DNA of 64,000 nucleotides. Origin: Limisphaerales bacterium. Its GTDB lineage: Bacteria > Verrucomicrobiota > Verrucomicrobiia > Limisphaerales > JACDHS01. Where the stretch lies: NCBI GenBank assembly GCA_046597605.1, contig JBKJKE010000008.1:15284-79283 (forward strand). The letters run 5' to 3'. Each line of letters begins with the position of its first letter. The first letter of the stretch is position 1. Of this stretch, positions 28,908 to 38,665 are shown piece by piece. The position numbers and the translations under genes are program-made. The notes under the pieces were generated by a model. It saw nothing but the letters and a program-made list of their open reading frames with translations. It was not told the DNA's origin and made no database searches.

Positions 28908-30374
28908 TCAACTGCTTTTTTGTTTCGAGCGGAGTTGTTGGATCAGAGACATCTTGAACTGATGCAATCCGTCTTCCAGGCCAACCACGTATTCTTCAGG
29001 AACCTTCAACCGCTTCACCGCTGAGGGTAGTTTCTGGATCTGCTGTTGGGCATGCTCCCGAAGGACCGGGAGTGCGGAGGACTGATAGACCAACTTTCCG
29101 GATCGAAAAATTGGGACCAGTAGATCTTCATGCTCCAAAGAGTTTGGCATCGTTCTCGAAGGGAATGCACCAGAGGTTGGAACAATAGTCCACTGCGACG
29201 GCGGGGTGCTCGCCGAATCATAGATGGCATCGCCGCAAAACTCGCCGTTCCTGTAAAAACGCCGTACCTGCTGAATTCCTGGAGTCGACATCTTGATCGG
29301 TTGTTCGGAGAGCTTGATTTTGTATTGCCAATTGCCTCCCGGTTGGCGAATCGCTGCGAGCTTGTAGACACCGCCCAACGCAGGTTGATCAAAAGCCGTA
29401 ACCATATTCGTCCCAACTCCCCACACCCCAATCGTCGCACCGCGTTGCTTCAGTTCCTGAATGCCGTATTCATCCAGGTCGTTGCTCGCGATGATGAACG
29501 CTTGGGGAAAACCACCTTCATCCAGGATCTTGCGTGATTCGACGCTTAGTTTGGCGAGATCGCCGGAATCGAGACGGATGCCGTTCATCTCGAAGCCGCG
29601 TTCGCGCAGGCGCTTACCCGCCGTCACTGCGTTGCGAACTCCTTGCAAAGTGTCGTAAGTATCGACGAGGAACACGCAGTTGTTCGGCATCGCATCCGCA
29701 TACTTCTCGAATGCCTCCAGTTCGCTATCAAAAGACATCACCCAGCTGTGGGCATGAGTGCCTTTAACGGGAATACCGAAGAGTTTGCCAGCGAGGACAT
29801 TGGATGTCGCAGTGCAGCCGCCGATGAACGCAGCGCGACTGGCGCTGAGCGAACCGTCAACACCTTGAGCGCGGCGAAGGCCGAACTCTATGACCGGGTC
29901 ACCATCAGCTGCTGAACAAACGCGAGCTGCTTTCGTGGCGATCAATGTTTGAAAATTGATCAGGTTCAATAAGGCGGTCTCCACGATTTGTGCCTCTATA
30001 ATAGGACCTCGCACCCGGAGCAATGGTTCGCCGGGAAAAACTGCCGTGCCTTCTGGAATAGCATCTACATCACAACTGAACTTAAGCTCTTGCAGATACT
30101 TTATAAAAGCGGGCTCGAACAATGGCTCACCATCATTCCCATTTAGTCCGGATAAATAGGCCGCATCCCGATCGTCGAATCGGAGGTTCTCGAGGTAACC
30201 GATGGCGGCTTCCAGGCCTGCAGCGATGCTGAAACCGCCTTGAAATGGATTTTTCCGAAAATGCAGGTGAAACACCGCTTCGGTTGTCGCCGCCCCCGAA
30301 CGCCAGTAGCCGTAGGCCATGGTGAGTTGGTAGAGATCCGTCAGCAAAGAATAGTTGGGGGGTTGCGTCTGCAT
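28908..30374 (-). CDS. pncB: Nicotinate phosphoribosyltransferase
   Basis: [46 protein letters not shown] motifs. Length fits the family at 488 aa. Confidence 0.9.
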   Translation of the reverse strand: MQTQPPNYSLLTDLYQLTMAYGYWRSGAATTEAVFHLHFRKNPFQGGFSIAAGLEAAIGYLENLRFDDRDAAYLSGLNGNDGEPLFEPAFIKYLQELKFSCDVDAIPEGTAVFPGEPLLRVRGPIIEAQIVETALLNLINFQTLIATKAARVCSAADGDPVIEFGLRRAQGVDGSLSASRAAFIGGCTATSNVLAGKLFGIPVKGTHAHSWVMSFDSELEAFEKYADAMPNNCVFLVDTYDTLQGVRNAVTAGKRLRERGFEMNGIRLDSGDLAKLSVESRKILDEGGFPQAFIIASNDLDEYGIQELKQRGATIGVWGVGTNMVTAFDQPALGGVYKLAAIRQPGGNWQYKIKLSEQPIKMSTPGIQQVRRFYRNGEFCGDAIYDSASTPPSQWTIVPTSGAFPSRTMPNSLEHEDLLVPIFRSGKLVYQSSALPVLREHAQQQIQKLPSAVKRLKVPEEYVVGLEDGLHQFKMSLIQQLRSKQKSS

Positions 30375-30465
30375 AGCGGTCGACGCGTATTGCTAAACGA
30401 TCCCGGCAAGCTGGCAAACATTTTTCGAGAAGATATCCCTCACCGCTGAGCTGGGAGATGACGAC

Positions 30466-30920
30466 CGCGACACCAGAGCGCGCTACAAGTCGTTGCAGGT
30501 CCCGAGGAGCACATGAAACCTGCGTTACAGGCCGCTGCGGATCCCGCGAGCACATGAAACCTGCGTTTCCGGTCGCTGCGGATCCCGCGAGCACATGAAA
30601 CCTGCGTTACAGGTCGCTGCGGATCCCGCGAGCACGTGAAACCTGCGTTACAGGTCGCTGCGGATCCCGCGAGCACGTGAAACCTGCGTTACAGGCCGCT
30701 GCGGATCCCGCGAGCACATGAAACCTGCGTTTCAGGCCGTTGCGGGTCCCGCGAGCACATGAAACCTGCGTTTCAGGCCGCTGCGGATCCCGCGAGCACG
30801 TGAAACCTGCGTTTCAGGCCGCTGCGGATCCCGCGAGCACGTGAAACCTGCGTTTCAGGCCGTTGCGGATCCCGCGAGCACGTGAAAACCTGCGTTTCAG
30901 GTCGTTGCGCGCGGGGAAAT
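30466..30920. repeat. Tandem array 3: about 11 copies of a 41-bp hairpin unit
   Basis: GAGCAC anchors at 30507, 30548, 30589, 30630, 30671, 30712, 30753, 30794, 30835 and 30876, exactly 41 bp apart. Unit GAGCAC(A/G)TGAAACCTGCGTT(A/T)CAGG(C/T)CG(C/T)TGCGGATCCCGC with hairpin TGAAAC-CTGC-GTTTCA (for example 30719-30734) and GCGG-ATC-CCGC. Confidence 0.97.
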
Positions 30921-31081
30921 GAACTGTAACACGCGTCACAGGTGCTCCTTGAGAAGGCATCTGAACATTTTTTACGGTGCAAACCGATGGGGGAATTGTA
31001 ACCTGTTCCCTTGCTTTTCCCGTCTTGAGAGAATGCGGTTGGTTTCGAACCAACCCGGGAATCAGTCGATTAATTGCTGAA

Positions 31082-34000
31082 ATGAATTTGCTCCAACTCG
31101 CCATGCGTCGTCCGTTGACGATCGTGGTCCTGATCATCGCCCTCTGCCTTGGGGCCTGGATGGGTCTCAAGAAGATGTCGCAGGACATTTTTCCGCCACT
31201 TGGTATTCCGACAATCTATGTGGCACAGCCCTACGGCGGTATGGACCCGGCCCAGATGGAAGGCTATCTCACCTATTTCTACGAGTATCACTTTCTTTAC
31301 ATCACAGGAATCGAGCATGTCGAATCCAAGTCCATCCAAGGCGCTTCGATTATGAAGCTGCAGTTTCATCCGGGCACGGACATGTCGCAGGCGCTTTCCG
31401 AAGTAATCGGCTATGTAAACCGCTCCCGCGCCATGATGCCGCCTGGAACGGTATCGCCTTTCGTGACAAGATTTGATGCAGGAAGTGTGCCCGTGGGTTA
31501 CCTCACCTTCTCCACGACGAACGAAAATCGCACGGTCGGTCAGATGCAGGATGCGGCTTTGAATTTGGTTCGTCCATTGTTCGCGACCCTACCCGGGGTT
31601 TCAGCGCCACCTCCATTCGGTGGCAGCGCTCGAACGATTCTTATCAACGTTAAGCCAGATCGGATGCGTGCTTATAACATGTCCCCTGACGAAATCGTTG
31701 CAGCCGTCTCGCAAGCCAACATGATCAGTCCCTCGGGGAACATGAATCTGGGTGATAAATATCCGATCGTGCCGGTGAACGGCATCGTGAAGAATATCAA
31801 GGACCTGGAATCGGTGGCGTTGAGAACGAGCGCTAATGGTGCCGTGTTTTTGCGTGACGTCGCCACGATTGACGATGGCGCAGATATCGTCAGCAGCTAC
31901 GGTCTCGTGAATGGACGGCGCACGGTTTATATCCCGGTCACTAAACGTTCCGACGCTTCCACCTTGTCCGTCGTAAACCTCGTTAAGGAAAACCTCCCGA
32001 AGTTCCAAAGCGTAGTGCCGGACGATGTGAAGGTGAGCTATGAATTCGATCAATCGCCAGTGGTGATTCGAGCGATCAAAGATCTGGCAAAGGAAGGTCT
32101 GCTGGGAGCGATTTTGACCGGCATCATGGTGCTCCTGTTTTTGCGCGATTGGCGTAGTGCATTAATTGTCGTGCTGAACATCCCGATTTCGGTGGCAGCG
32201 GCGGTCTTCGCTCTCTGGATAACTGGGCAAAACATTCACCTCATGACGCTGGGCGGGCTTGCGCTGGCAATTGGAATTTTAGTCGATGAAGCGACTGTCA
32301 CGATCGAGAACATCCATACGCATCTTGCGCGCGGCACCGGCGTTTCTCGCGCCGCCTTTGATGCAACAAATGAAACGGCTGGCCCACGGTTGCTGGCTAT
32401 GTTGTGTATTCTCGCGGTATTCATTCCGGCTTTTTTCATGACTGGTGCTGCCAAGGCGCTATTCGTTCCACTGGCGTTGGCGGTCGGATTCGCGATGATC
32501 GCTTCCTATTTCCTATCGAGCACACTGGTTCCAGTGCTCGCGGTGTGGGTCGTGCGCAAGCATGCGCAGAAGGAATTGGCGCACGCGAAGAAGAGCCGTT
32601 CCGCATTTGAAAAATTCCAGGAAAGTTACGGTCGTTTTGTCCGAAGCCTTGTTTCGGTGAATTGGTTGGTATTCGGTATTTATCTCCTTATAGCAGGACT
32701 GATCGTCTGGATGGTGGGTACGAAGCTCGGCCTCGATATTTTTCCAAAAACGGACTCAGGCCAACTCGCATTGCGACTCAAAGCACCGGTCGGAACGAAA
32801 GTGGAACTTACGGAGAAGCTTGCGCTTCAAGTGCTGGACATCATCAAGCGCGAAGCTGGACCGGAAAAGGTAGCGCTGACGATGGGATTGGTAGGTGTTC
32901 ACGCGCCCAATTATCCAGTGAACTTGATTCATCTGTGGAATGGTGGCCCAGAGGAAGCCTGGCTGGCGGTGCAGCTCGTCGCCGGTTCTGATATTAAAAT
33001 CGAAAGTTTTAAAGAAAAGCTTCGCGAGGTGTTTGTTCGCGAATTGCCCGAGGTCCGCTTTTCGTTTGAGCCGAGCGACATCGTAAACCGCGTCATGAGC
33101 TTTGGGGCGAGCACTCCGATCGAAGTGGCAGTGAGCGGGCCTAACCTTGTCGTGAACAAAGAACACGCCGACAAACTTTACGAGAAGTTGAAAGCGATTC
33201 CATCACTGAGAGATGTGCAGTTCGGGCAATCGCTGGATTTCCCAACCGTCGAGGTGAACATTAATCGCGAGCGAGCTGGTCTGCTGGGAGTCAAAGTTGG
33301 TGACATCACCCGGTCACTGGTCGCTGCTACGACGTCGAGCCGTTTTACCGTCGCGAATTACTGGGCCGACCCGAACTCCGGAGTGAGCTACAATTTGCAG
33401 GTTCAAATTCCCCAGACAAAAACATCCTCCCTCGAAGACTTGCAGAATGTGCCTGTGGCGAGTCGTGACGGGCAGTCGGTATTGTTGCGCAGTGTGGCGA
33501 ACGTTACCCAGGGGACCGCAGTGGGCCAGTACGAACGCTATAACATGGCGCGGGTGGTTAGCATCACCGCTAACATTCACGGCTCGGATCTTGGCAGTGT
33601 TGCGAAAGAAATCAGCAAAGTGATCGCCGAAGTGGGAGCTCCTCCTGCCAAAACGAATGTCGCTGTGCGTGGCCAAACGGTTCCATTGAAAGAACTCCTG
33701 AGCAGTTTTCAAAGCGGGCTGATCATGTCAGTCATTGTCATTTTTCTTTTGCTCAGTGCCAATTTTCAATCGTTGCGATTGTCATTCGTGGTGGTTTCCG
33801 CTGTTCCTGCGGTGATCGGGGGAGTTGTGCTCGCGTTGTGGTTCACAGATACGAGCCTGAACATTCAATCGGCAATGGGCGCGATCATGGCCATCGGTGT
33901 AGCAGTGGCGAATGCGATTCTCCTTGTCACGTTTGCAGAGCGGAGTCGCATTGATGGGATGATTGCGAGCGATGCCGCGGTGGAAGGTGCGCGCAGCCGA

Positions 34001-34279
34001 CTGCGGCCGATTCTGATGACCAGTTGTGCGATGATCGCGGGAATGATGCCGCTCGCTTTCGGAATGGGCGAAGGCAGCGATCAAACTGCGCCGCTTGGCC
34101 GGGCAGTGGTTGGTGGCCTGGTGGGCGCAACGCTGGCGACACTTTTCGTATTGCCTGCGGTGTTCTCTATTTTACGCCGTAAATCCAGCACGAGTTCACG
34201 ATCGCTCGATCCCAATGATCCCTTGAGCGGGCATTACACTTCCCAACTCCGTGCCGAACCTCTTGAGAAAGTTTCATGA
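31082..34279 (+). CDS. RND-family efflux transporter, inner-membrane permease (AcrB/CzcA superfamily)
   Basis: MNLLQLAMRRPLTIVVLIIA. About 1065 aa with a 12-TM RND layout and two large periplasmic loops. Motifs LGGLALAIGILVDEATV and AIGVAVANAILLV. The track GTG start at 30977 would run into the repeat array. Confidence 0.92.
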   Translation: MNLLQLAMRRPLTIVVLIIALCLGAWMGLKKMSQDIFPPLGIPTIYVAQPYGGMDPAQMEGYLTYFYEYHFLYITGIEHVESKSIQGASIMKLQFHPGTDMSQALSEVIGYVNRSRAMMPPGTVSPFVTRFDAGSVPVGYLTFSTTNENRTVGQMQDAALNLVRPLFATLPGVSAPPPFGGSARTILINVKPDRMRAYNMSPDEIVAAVSQANMISPSGNMNLGDKYPIVPVNGIVKNIKDLESVALRTSANGAVFLRDVATIDDGADIVSSYGLVNGRRTVYIPVTKRSDASTLSVVNLVKENLPKFQSVVPDDVKVSYEFDQSPVVIRAIKDLAKEGLLGAILTGIMVLLFLRDWRSALIVVLNIPISVAAAVFALWITGQNIHLMTLGGLALAIGILVDEATVTIENIHTHLARGTGVSRAAFDATNETAGPRLLAMLCILAVFIPAFFMTGAAKALFVPLALAVGFAMIASYFLSSTLVPVLAVWVVRKHAQKELAHAKKSRSAFEKFQESYGRFVRSLVSVNWLVFGIYLLIAGLIVWMVGTKLGLDIFPKTDSGQLALRLKAPVGTKVELTEKLALQVLDIIKREAGPEKVALTMGLVGVHAPNYPVNLIHLWNGGPEEAWLAVQLVAGSDIKIESFKEKLREVFVRELPEVRFSFEPSDIVNRVMSFGASTPIEVAVSGPNLVVNKEHADKLYEKLKAIPSLRDVQFGQSLDFPTVEVNINRERAGLLGVKVGDITRSLVAATTSSRFTVANYWADPNSGVSYNLQVQIPQTKTSSLEDLQNVPVASRDGQSVLLRSVANVTQGTAVGQYERYNMARVVSITANIHGSDLGSVAKEISKVIAEVGAPPAKTNVAVRGQTVPLKELLSSFQSGLIMSVIVIFLLLSANFQSLRLSFVVVSAVPAVIGGVVLALWFTDTSLNIQSAMGAIMAIGVAVANAILLVTFAERSRIDGMIASDAAVEGARSRLRPILMTSCAMIAGMMPLAFGMGEGSDQTAPLGRAVVGGLVGATLATLFVLPAVFSILRRKSSTSSRSLDPNDPLSGHYTSQLRAEPLEKVS

Positions 34280-35376
34280 TAAATAAATTTCGTTCACTCC
34301 AAATGAAATCATTCCTGGTCAGTGTGGGTGTGGCTATCGCCGCAACCCATCTCTCCAGCTGTAAACCCGCGGCAGAAGTTGTGGTTGAGAAGAAACCTGA
34401 AGTGCCTGTGTCGGTGAAACTGGTTCATGCTAAACGCGGCGATATCATCCGATCGGTATCCCTGCCGGCAAACATGACAGCCAACCAACAAGTGACCCTT
34501 TATTCCAAAGTGGGTGGCTACCTCAAACAGATCGGTGTGGATCGCGGTGATGAGGTGAACAAAGGAGATTTGATTGCGGAGATCGAAGTGCCCGAGATGC
34601 TCGCGGAACTCGCGCGCAACAAAGCGGAGCTAAAAATTGCGGAGTTGGACCAAAAGCGAATTGCCGACGCACAGAAGAAAGCCCCTGACCTGATTGTGTT
34701 GCAAAGCATCGACACCGCGACCGCGAAGGTCGAAATGGCACGGGCGAACCTCGACCGGATCGAAACTTTACTCAGCTTCTGCAAAATAACGGCGCCTTTC
34801 TCAGGAGTGGTGACCCGGCGCATGGTGGATATTGGCGCTTTCGTCCCAGCCGCTACTTCCGGGAGCGCCGCGCAGAACGCGGCGATCGTGACTATCTCGG
34901 ATTTCAGCACAGTCCGCGTGATGATCTCCGTGCCTGAATTGGAGGCACCTCTCATCAAGAAAGGTCTTCCAGTCAAAGTCAGTGTCGAAGGTTTGCCCGG
35001 TCAGGTTTTTGAAGGAAGCGTCACCCGCTATGCCCACACCCTGGATGATGCGACCAAGACGATGGTTGTCGAAGTGGACCTGCCGAATCCGAAACGGGAA
35101 CTGCGTCCGGGGATGTTTGTGACCGCCCGCATTGGGGTGGAAAAGCGAACCGATCGCGTGCTGCTCCCGGTCGAAGCGGTCATGATCGAGAAATCGGGCC
35201 CTTCAATTTTTACCGTGGCCGATAAGAAAGCTAAAAAGACGGCAGTTAAAATCGGCTTCAACGATGGAGCGAATATTGAGATCGTAGAAGGAGTGCAGGC
35301 GGGTGACCCCATTGTTGCCGTTGGAAAATTACCATTGGCTAATGGGCAGGCGGTCGTGATTGCTGACGCGAAATGA
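34276..35376 (+). CDS. RND efflux periplasmic adaptor (membrane fusion protein, HlyD family)
   Basis: Lipoprotein-like signal (..IAATHLSSC). Lipoyl/hairpin/beta-barrel order (GDLIAEIEVPE..ITAPFSGVVTRR..MISVPE..GMFVTARI). ATGA overlap with the RND stop. Confidence 0.9.
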   Translation: MINKFRSLQMKSFLVSVGVAIAATHLSSCKPAAEVVVEKKPEVPVSVKLVHAKRGDIIRSVSLPANMTANQQVTLYSKVGGYLKQIGVDRGDEVNKGDLIAEIEVPEMLAELARNKAELKIAELDQKRIADAQKKAPDLIVLQSIDTATAKVEMARANLDRIETLLSFCKITAPFSGVVTRRMVDIGAFVPAATSGSAAQNAAIVTISDFSTVRVMISVPELEAPLIKKGLPVKVSVEGLPGQVFEGSVTRYAHTLDDATKTMVVEVDLPNPKRELRPGMFVTARIGVEKRTDRVLLPVEAVMIEKSGPSIFTVADKKAKKTAVKIGFNDGANIEIVEGVQAGDPIVAVGKLPLANGQAVVIADAK

Positions 35377-36731
35377 GAACTCGTTTAGGATTAATTGGGT
35401 TGCTGGGATGCGCCGTTTTAGCCGGTGTTGCAGTGTCGGCGCAAGATTCGGCACCTCCCGCTCAGAAAACGGAACTGCCAAAACGCGGAGACGCCTGCAT
35501 TGTGGATCTTCCCACGGTGCTCCGGCTGGCCCATGCACAAAATCTGGATGTGCAGATAGCCCGAGAAAGACTCGCCGAGGCAAAAGCGAATCGCACCAGT
35601 GCCACCTGGCAATTCTTTCCCTACATTTCTCCCGGCATCTCCTATCGTAAACACGAAGGTCGCGTGCAGTCGGTCGAGGGCGACGTGTTTGACGCGAGCA
35701 AAGGGTCCTACACTCCCGGCGTAACGCTGGGCATGCAGGTCGATCTCGGTGAAGCCTACTATCGTGAGCTCGCTGCCAGGCAGCAGGTGGAAGGGGCTGA
35801 CCAAGGAATTGCCGCTCAACAAAGCACGAGTGCTCTCGTTGCAGCACAGAGTTATTTCGATCTGTTATTTGCCCAGGCTGCGGCCGATGTCGCACGCGAT
35901 GCATTGCGGATCTCAACGAACTACCAGGATCAGGCGGAACAAGCGGTGGATGCCGGCGTTGCTTTCCGTGGAGACGCGTTGAGGGTCAAAGTACAGGCAC
36001 AACGCAATCGTCTGGCCATCGAGCAAGCGGAACAACAGCGCAAGCTGGCATCCGCTCGTCTGGTGGAAGTCTTGCACCTCGAACCCGGAATGGAGCTCGT
36101 TCCCGAGAACGATGAAATTGTCCCGCTCGCCCTGGTTGATACAAACGCTGCACTTAAATCGTTGGTTCAGCAGGCGCTGGCGAACAGAGCAGAATTAAAA
36201 CAAAGTGGAGCCTCAGCAAACGCCGCTCGCCTTGCAGCGAAGGGCGCAATCTACGGTCCCATGGTTCCGACCATCGGCGCACAGGTTTTCGCGGGAGGCC
36301 TGGGCGGAGGCACGGGCGGCGACCTTGGCAATTTCGGGGATCAACAGGATTATGTTGTGGGCTTGAGCTGGCGGATCGGTCCCGGTGGTATGTTCGATAC
36401 CGGTCGCACGAAGGCAACAGAGTCTCGAGCGAAGTCGTCGGAGCTTTTAACTGAGAAGCTGCAGGCTGACATTGCTCGTCAGGTGATCGAAGCAGCCGTC
36501 AAAGCGCAATCGTTACGGCGTCAGATCGACATTGCCCATGGCGCTCTCCAATCGGCAGACGACGGCCTGAAGCTCGCCCAAATGCGACGCGAATTCGCGG
36601 TTGGTGTAGTGCTGGAAAATATCCAGGCGGAACAAGACTTGACCCGTGCCCGCCTCGATTATCTTAGCGCGATTGCTGATTACAATAAAGCGCAGTACCA
36701 GTTGAAGCATGCAATTGGCCAGGGTCTTTAA
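35373..36731 (+). CDS. TolC-family outer-membrane efflux protein
   Basis: Signal peptide, then two repeated helical/beta TolC-like halves (..LRLAHAQNLDVQIARERLAEA.. and ..ALANRAELKQS..). ATGA overlap with the adaptor stop. Confidence 0.88.
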   Translation: MRTRLGLIGLLGCAVLAGVAVSAQDSAPPAQKTELPKRGDACIVDLPTVLRLAHAQNLDVQIARERLAEAKANRTSATWQFFPYISPGISYRKHEGRVQSVEGDVFDASKGSYTPGVTLGMQVDLGEAYYRELAARQQVEGADQGIAAQQSTSALVAAQSYFDLLFAQAAADVARDALRISTNYQDQAEQAVDAGVAFRGDALRVKVQAQRNRLAIEQAEQQRKLASARLVEVLHLEPGMELVPENDEIVPLALVDTNAALKSLVQQALANRAELKQSGASANAARLAAKGAIYGPMVPTIGAQVFAGGLGGGTGGDLGNFGDQQDYVVGLSWRIGPGGMFDTGRTKATESRAKSSELLTEKLQADIARQVIEAAVKAQSLRRQIDIAHGALQSADDGLKLAQMRREFAVGVVLENIQAEQDLTRARLDYLSAIADYNKAQYQLKHAIGQGL

Positions 36732-36867
36732 CCAGAACCCTAAGGACGGCGATGATGCCTGATTCAACGGCTTATCTGTCCCAATCCAGCGACGCCATCG
36801 TTACGTTTGTGTGAACTGCTGTTTGTTTATTGACCAAAAAGTCAAACTCGGTCAACAAGCGGGACGT

Positions 36868-38166
36868 ATGGCAAAGTTTACACACAAGATTCTTCTAACC
36901 GGTGCGACAATTATTCTGGGGTCCGGGGCAACAATTCACGCCCAATCTGCTGATGCGCTAATTGACAAGCTGGTGGACAAGGGGATCCTCAGCGTCAAAG
37001 AAGCAAACGAACTTCGGGAAGAATCCGACAAGAATTTCTCCACCGCCTATTCCACCAGGACCGGAATGCCTGAATGGGTAACGTCTCTGAAGTTCAGCGG
37101 AGACCTCCGACTTCGTTATGACGGCATTTATTCTGAGGTCCCTGGATTTGTAGATCGTCATCGTGGACGCTTTCGCCTCCGCTACGGTGTGACCGCTTCC
37201 CTGCTGGAGAACTTTGAAGTGGGCTTTCGCCTAGCCTCGACAACTTCCGCAGGTGGCAACGATGGCGGAGATCCCATTTCTACCAACGAAACCTTTCAAA
37301 ATAATGGCAACCGCAAGGCAATTGGGATCGATCTTGCCTACGTCAAATGGGCACCCATTGACTCTGCCGATTGGACTGCCTCTCTCACATTAGGGAAATT
37401 CGAGAATCCGTATTCCTTCTCTGAGATGTTGTTCGACAACGATTACACGCCGGAAGGGCTGGGAGAACAACTGACGTATCGTCTCAGCGAAACTCATAGC
37501 TCCAAGCTGGCTCTCGGCCAATTTTTTCTCGACGAAAGCTCCAGCAGCCGTCGCGACTCTTTTATGGTCGGCGCACAAGCGCGCCTGAATTCAAATTGGA
37601 ATGAGGACTGGCAGACCACGTTAGGAGTCGGAGCATTGGGCATCGTGAATCCCGCTGCTTTGACGAGTGACGCTGTGCCGGATGTAAACAAGGGTAACAC
37701 ACGCCGCGACGGTGTCCTCATGCATGACTATAACCTCGTCGTGGCAGATGTCGGTGTAACCTACACCTTTGACAGTGCTCCGTTTTATTCCGGAACGTTT
37801 CCGATCCGCCTGGCGGGTGAATACATTTATAATTTTGGGGCTCCAGACAACAATATGGCCTTCGGTTTCGGTCCCACGTTCGGCAAAGCGGGTAAGCGGG
37901 GCACCTGGGAATTTTCCGCCAAGTACAAAGAAATGCAGGCCGATGCGATGTATGAGGAGACGGTTGACTCAGACTACGGTGCCTTCTACCCTTCATATGG
38001 CGCTGGTACGAACTTGCGCGGCCCAGTGTTCCGGTTCAGTTACTCTCCTTACGATTTCCTTACTCTCTCAGCAATGTATGCGCTGACGGAGTTAATTAAT
38101 GAAGTGCCCAGTGGTAGGGAAAGCGACGGATCCAAACTCATCCTTGATGCAGTTTTTAAATTCTAG
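36868..38166 (+). CDS. Outer-membrane beta-barrel porin-like protein
   Basis: Signal peptide MAKFTHKILLTGATIILGSGATIHAQ. N-terminal helical DALIDKLVDKGILSVKEANELRE, then alternating-pattern strands (LKFSGDLRLRYDG) and a terminal ..LDAVFKF. Confidence 0.75.
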   Translation: MAKFTHKILLTGATIILGSGATIHAQSADALIDKLVDKGILSVKEANELREESDKNFSTAYSTRTGMPEWVTSLKFSGDLRLRYDGIYSEVPGFVDRHRGRFRLRYGVTASLLENFEVGFRLASTTSAGGNDGGDPISTNETFQNNGNRKAIGIDLAYVKWAPIDSADWTASLTLGKFENPYSFSEMLFDNDYTPEGLGEQLTYRLSETHSSKLALGQFFLDESSSSRRDSFMVGAQARLNSNWNEDWQTTLGVGALGIVNPAALTSDAVPDVNKGNTRRDGVLMHDYNLVVADVGVTYTFDSAPFYSGTFPIRLAGEYIYNFGAPDNNMAFGFGPTFGKAGKRGTWEFSAKYKEMQADAMYEETVDSDYGAFYPSYGAGTNLRGPVFRFSYSPYDFLTLSAMYALTELINEVPSGRESDGSKLILDAVFKF

Positions 38167-38179
38167 GTGGGAACAACGT

Positions 38180-38455
38180 TCACGAATGGCGTGGATCGGT
38201 CCCGAACATTTTCACCATCTTGTTATAGATGCCGAGCAAAAGAAAGGTGGGTGCCCACTGACCGACAAAGAGAGCATTTTTGCTTCGCCCCGCCATTTTT
38301 AATGTGAGGGAGGCTGCGATGGAAGCCCCTGCCGCCACGAGGAACAGGTCGGACGGCAACCTGGCAGTGGTGCGCTCGATTGCGGTGGTGATCTTTCCCT
38401 CAGGATATGCATGCGCAGCAGTGACATCGTTTCTTTTGGTTTGTTGTGTTTCCAT
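38180..38455 (-). CDS. Small membrane protein, function unknown
   Basis: ATG 38455 (METQQTKRND..). Two hydrophobic helices (LFLVAAGASIAASLTL, WAPTFLLLGIY). Convergent with the porin gene. Start uncertain (track 38542). Confidence 0.45.
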   Translation of the reverse strand: METQQTKRNDVTAAHAYPEGKITTAIERTTARLPSDLFLVAAGASIAASLTLKMAGRSKNALFVGQWAPTFLLLGIYNKMVKMFGTDPRHS

Positions 38456-38665
38456 AGATGTTTTCCTTTTCCAATCCCTCGTGCTTACGAAGTGGCTGTA
38501 ACCTCGCCCGTTGGAGCCGTTCGAACTATTGGGACGTTTCATTTTTTTGGATTGAAGGATTCACGGCTATCTCTCTTGGCAATGAAGCAACGCAAATGGC
38601 TGGCTCCGGTTAGCTCAAAACGAATCCGGCTTTTCGGAAGGGTAAACACCCGGTAGTCTCCGTCT

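Noticed and set aside
30466-30920. The tandem arrays (this one and those at 7.6, 14.7 and 55.0 kb) as CRISPR arrays
   Set aside because: The entire 41-43 bp period is conserved from unit to unit, so there are no unique spacers. No cas genes are in the window, and the unit length is too short for repeat plus spacer.
30977-31081. N-terminal extensions given by the ORF track (RND pump from GTG 30977; also 17509 deoA, 26748 aldolase, 41574 island protein, 52836 radical SAM, 36811 porin, 20323 BNR protein)
   Set aside because: The extensions overlap neighbouring genes, repeats or hairpins. Internal ATGs yield canonical family N-termini or signal peptides.
30440-31188. Track ORFs inside array 3 (30440..30676, 30773..30982, 30814..31188, 30133..30594) as genes
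   Set aside because: The translations are periodic repeat artefacts (..LAGSAA.CNAGF.CSRDPQRPVTQVS..). They exist only because the repeat lacks stops in that frame.
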